Assembly: GCF_009914755.1 (NCBI RefSeq)
Contig: NC_060930.1
Source of the DNA: the human T2T-CHM13v2.0 reference genome, Homo sapiens
Strand: one strand, 5' to 3'
DNA: 64,000 bases
This document shows positions 60,548 through 64,000 of this stretch, piece after piece; the first letter of the stretch is position 1, and each line of letters begins with the position of its first letter. Below the pieces are notes generated by a model. That model made no database searches. It had not been told where the DNA came from and saw only the letters and a program-made list of their open reading frames with translations. The translations under genes were made by a program, and so were the position numbers.

Positions 60548-61334
60548 GTGGTGATTTTTTTTTTTAATACTGTGTTTCCCCATGCATTTAACAAATTGTG
60601 GTTCCCTATGACAGTGGTTAGGGGTGAAGTCATGGAGCTCCGTGTGTTTGTGTGCCCATACCCACTCCCAGACAAGAGCATGGACGAGCTGATTGTAAAA
60701 ACATGCCTTTGCCAAAGCGCAGTGCCATAGGACATCAAGGCCTCTGGGCTGCATCGCAGAAAAAATGTGCCACAAACTGGCCACTCTTCCCCATGCTCAC
60801 TGAGGACACAGAATAGGAACAATTACTTACCGAGAAGAGAAAGGCTTTCATGAGAAAGAGAAATGAAGAAGCAGGCAAGATCATCCAAAGTCCATACCAG
60901 TGCTGCTGAAAAGGAAATTGTCTTTCCAAGCACAGCGACACCGCGAAACTCAACAAAGTGACGGGCTCAACGCAGTGGCAGCCTCTGCCAGGGCTCTGGG
61001 CCACCGGAATTCCCTGCCTCCTTCGGCTTGGCCACCACGAGCTCCTCCCCAGGGCTCTGTTCTGTCCTTGGCTTTCCTTTCTCAAGCAGTGCTCTGGATT
61101 TCCGTAGCCTGGCAACGAGGTTAGGGGGTGGTGGTTGAGGGAAAGAAGCCCTGAGCTGGTGGTTTGTCAAAGGCACTTGGAAACCCAGCCAAAGGAGTCC
61201 TGGCTGGGAGTTACGGAAAGGAGAGAGAGACATCACAGAAAAACCATTTTCTACATGCCTTTGTCTTTATTTTGCCTTGTCTTTTTTCCACTGGCACCTA
61301 TATTAATCTCTCCTTGAGGTTAGCAAATACTCTT

Positions 61335-62470
61335 ATTTTTAAATTAAGATACATAATTCACATACCATAAAAATCACCCTTGATACAATTCAGTGGTTTT
61401 TAGTATTTTTCCAAGGTTATGCAACTGTCTTCACAATCAATTTTAGAACATTTTCACTGCCCCATAAGCCACCCAGTACCCATTAGCAGTCACTCCCCAT
61501 TTCCCTGTTGTTAGCTCCTGGCAACCACTAATCTCCTTTCTGGCTCCATAGATGTTATGGGCTGAAAGTGTGTCCCCCAAAATTCACATGTTGAAGCCCC
61601 AGCTCCCCATACCTCAGAGTGCGACTGTAGTTGGAGATGGGGCCTTTAAAGAAGTGACTAAGTTAAAATAAGGTTGGATGGGTGGGCCCTGATCCAAACT
61701 AACTGGTGTCTTTGTAAGAAGAGGGCACTAGGACTCTGGCTGTGCGGGCACAGAGGGGCGACCATGTGAGGACACAGTGAGAAGGCGGCCATCTGCAAGC
61801 CAAAGAGGGAGGCCTCACCAGGTGTCAGCTCTGCTGACACCTTGATCTCAGACTTCCAGCCTTCAGAACTGTGAGATGATAAGTTTCTTACTTAACCCAC
61901 TCTGTCTGTGGCACTTGGTTTTGGCAGCTCTGGCAGATGAACGCGATAGATTTTCCTCTTCCAGATGCTTCACATAAATAGTCATACAATATGTGGTCTT
62001 CTGCATCCGGTGTCTTTCACTTAGAATAACATTTTCAAGTTTCATCATGTCGTGCATATATATAAGTATTTCATTCCTTTTTATGGCTGAATAATGTTCC
62101 ATTGTGTGGACAGACCACATTTTGATTATCCACTCATCAATTGGCAGACATTTGGACTGTTTTCACTGTTTGACTATTATGAATAATGCTGCTATGAAAA
62201 TCATATATAAGGTTTTTTGTGAACATATATTTTCGGTTATCTTGGGTAACTGATTCCACCTAGAAGGGGAATTTCTGGGTCATGTGATAACTCTATGTTT
62301 AACTTCTTAGGAAACCACCAAATTGTTTCCCAAAGCATCTGCACTACTTCACGTTCCCACCAGCAACATATAAGGGCTCCAATTTCTCCACATCGTAGCC
62401 AACACTTGTAATTGAAATCTTTTTTATTAGAGGCATTCTAATGAGTGTGAAGTGGTATCTTGTTGTGGTC
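61335..62470 (-). mobile_element. L1MB/L1ME-type 3' fragment interrupted by an MLT1 LTR
   Basis: ataattcacataccataaaa...cattagcagtcactcccc...ggcaaccactaatct...ttcattcctttttatggctgaataa...gtgtgaagtggtatct. Confidence 0.9.
61553..61945 (+). mobile_element. MaLR solo LTR (MLT1A/B-type)
   Basis: tgttatgggctgaa..tgtgtcccccaaaattc...gacttccagccttcagaactgtgaga; 5-bp TSD ataga. Confidence 0.92.
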
Positions 62471-62649
62471 AAGGTATTCTTTGATATCAACAATGGTTAA
62501 CACAACAGTTTCTTTTTCTGAGCCTCATCTTCCAATACTTGTACTTTTCACAAACATCAGAAACATAATCACTAGTCATGTGGCCCATTACTGAATATGA
62601 TGTAATGATTTTATACTTCAGCCATATTTGCGTCATTGAACTTGTCTAA

Positions 62650-63542
62650 CTGTGCATGTGCGTTTTTGTGTGTATGTTTGGTGTACATGCACATGGGCAT
62701 GGTCAGGCATTCACATGTATGTTTATGCATGTCTGTGCATGCATGCACTCGTGTATGTGAGCATGCCTGTGTGTATGTGTGCTTGTGTGCATTTGTGCAG
62801 GTGCATATTTGTGCATGTGTGCATGTGTGTGCATTTTATGTGTGCATGTGTGTTTCTACATGTTTTTGTGTGTACACATTTGTGCATATGAGTGTATGTA
62901 CATTTTGTGTGTGCAGGTGTGTTTGTACTTTTTTGTGTGTGCACATTTGTGCATGCGTGAGTGTGTGTGCATTTTGTGTGTACATGTGTGTTTGTACTTT
63001 TGTGTGTGCACATTTGTGCATGTGTGAGTGTGTGTGCATTTTGTGTGTACATGTGTGTTTGTACTTTTGTGTGTGCACATTTGTGCATGTGTCTGTGTGT
63101 GCATTGTGTGTACGTGTGTGTTTGTACTTTTTTGTGTGTGCACATTTGTGCATGTGTGAGTTTGTGTGCATTTTGTGTGTGTATGTGTGTTTGTACATTT
63201 TTTTGTGTGTTCACATTTGTGCATGTGTGCGTGTGTGTGCATTTTGTGTGTACATTTGTATTTGTACAATTTTTGTGTTTGCATATTTGTGCATGTGTGA
63301 GCGTGTGTGCTTTTTGTATGTGCATGTGTGCTTGTACATTTTTTGTGTGTTCACATTTGTGCATGTGTGAGTTTGTGCATTTTGTGTGTACAGGTGTGTT
63401 TGCACATTTTTGTGTGTGCACATTTGTGCATGTGTGTGTGTGGATTTGTGTGTGCATGTTTGTATATGTTTGTATGTGCATGCATGTGTGCACAAGCTTA
63501 TGTGTGTTTGTGTAGGCATGTGTTTGTGCATGTGCATGTGTG
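62650..63542. repeat. (TG)-derived minisatellite with about 64-68 bp higher-order unit
   Basis: Recurrent tgtgtttgtac(a)tttt(tt)gtgtgtgcacatttgtgcatgtgtgagtgtgtgtgcattttgtgtgtaca. Confidence 0.92.
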
Positions 63543-63776
63543 CTCTCCTCCCACACAACTAGATCTCCTGGTCACGAGTAATTGTTCCTTTGACCATCCT
63601 TTTCCATTACTAAGCTGCCAAATCACGGGTGCCTAACTGGCACCAGGTGCTTCTGGGACAGTGCTCTTCCAGAAGAGCCTAGAGAGCTCACTCTGACCAC
63701 GGCCCCCAAGCTGCTCCCCTTAACAACTTCCAGAACACTCTGGGGTAAAGATAAAATGAATTCATATTCTGTCTGA

Positions 63777-64000
<224 letters not shown>

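Noticed and set aside
62636-63636. Long Cys/Val- and His/Thr-rich ORFs
   Set aside because: Artefacts of a TG-rich repeat that lacks stop codons; the same applies at 58099-58470.

Overview
Primate (human-like) genomic DNA, repeat-rich and apparently intergenic or intronic. I cannot recognise any protein-coding gene or name the locus. The only long protein-like ORF (8321-9427) is the C-terminal part of LINE-1 ORF2 in a 5'-truncated L1PA copy. The remaining ORFs are Alu-, microsatellite- or GC-derived noise. About 28 Alus/monomers, several L1, MIR, L2 and MER copies, five MaLR LTRs and a MER41 solo LTR are identifiable by eye. The likeliest functional non-repeat elements are a ~1.7 kb CpG island (36.3-38.0 kb) with a candidate first exon and a well-formed 53-nt downstream exon (possible lncRNA), a small CpG patch with a CTCF-like site (59.6-59.8 kb), and several motif-rich enhancer-like blocks. 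The most notable oddities are a fossil RTE-clade (L4-like) LINE interrupted by an Alu, a 57-bp duplication at the L1 5' junction, a 122-bp dispersed duplication ending in a hairpin, a 34-bp VNTR, templated-repair-like scars, and an Alu target-site duplication (TSD) that copied an AP-1 site. I find no convincing new biological system. Repeat subfamily calls come from memory of consensus sequences, not from a search.
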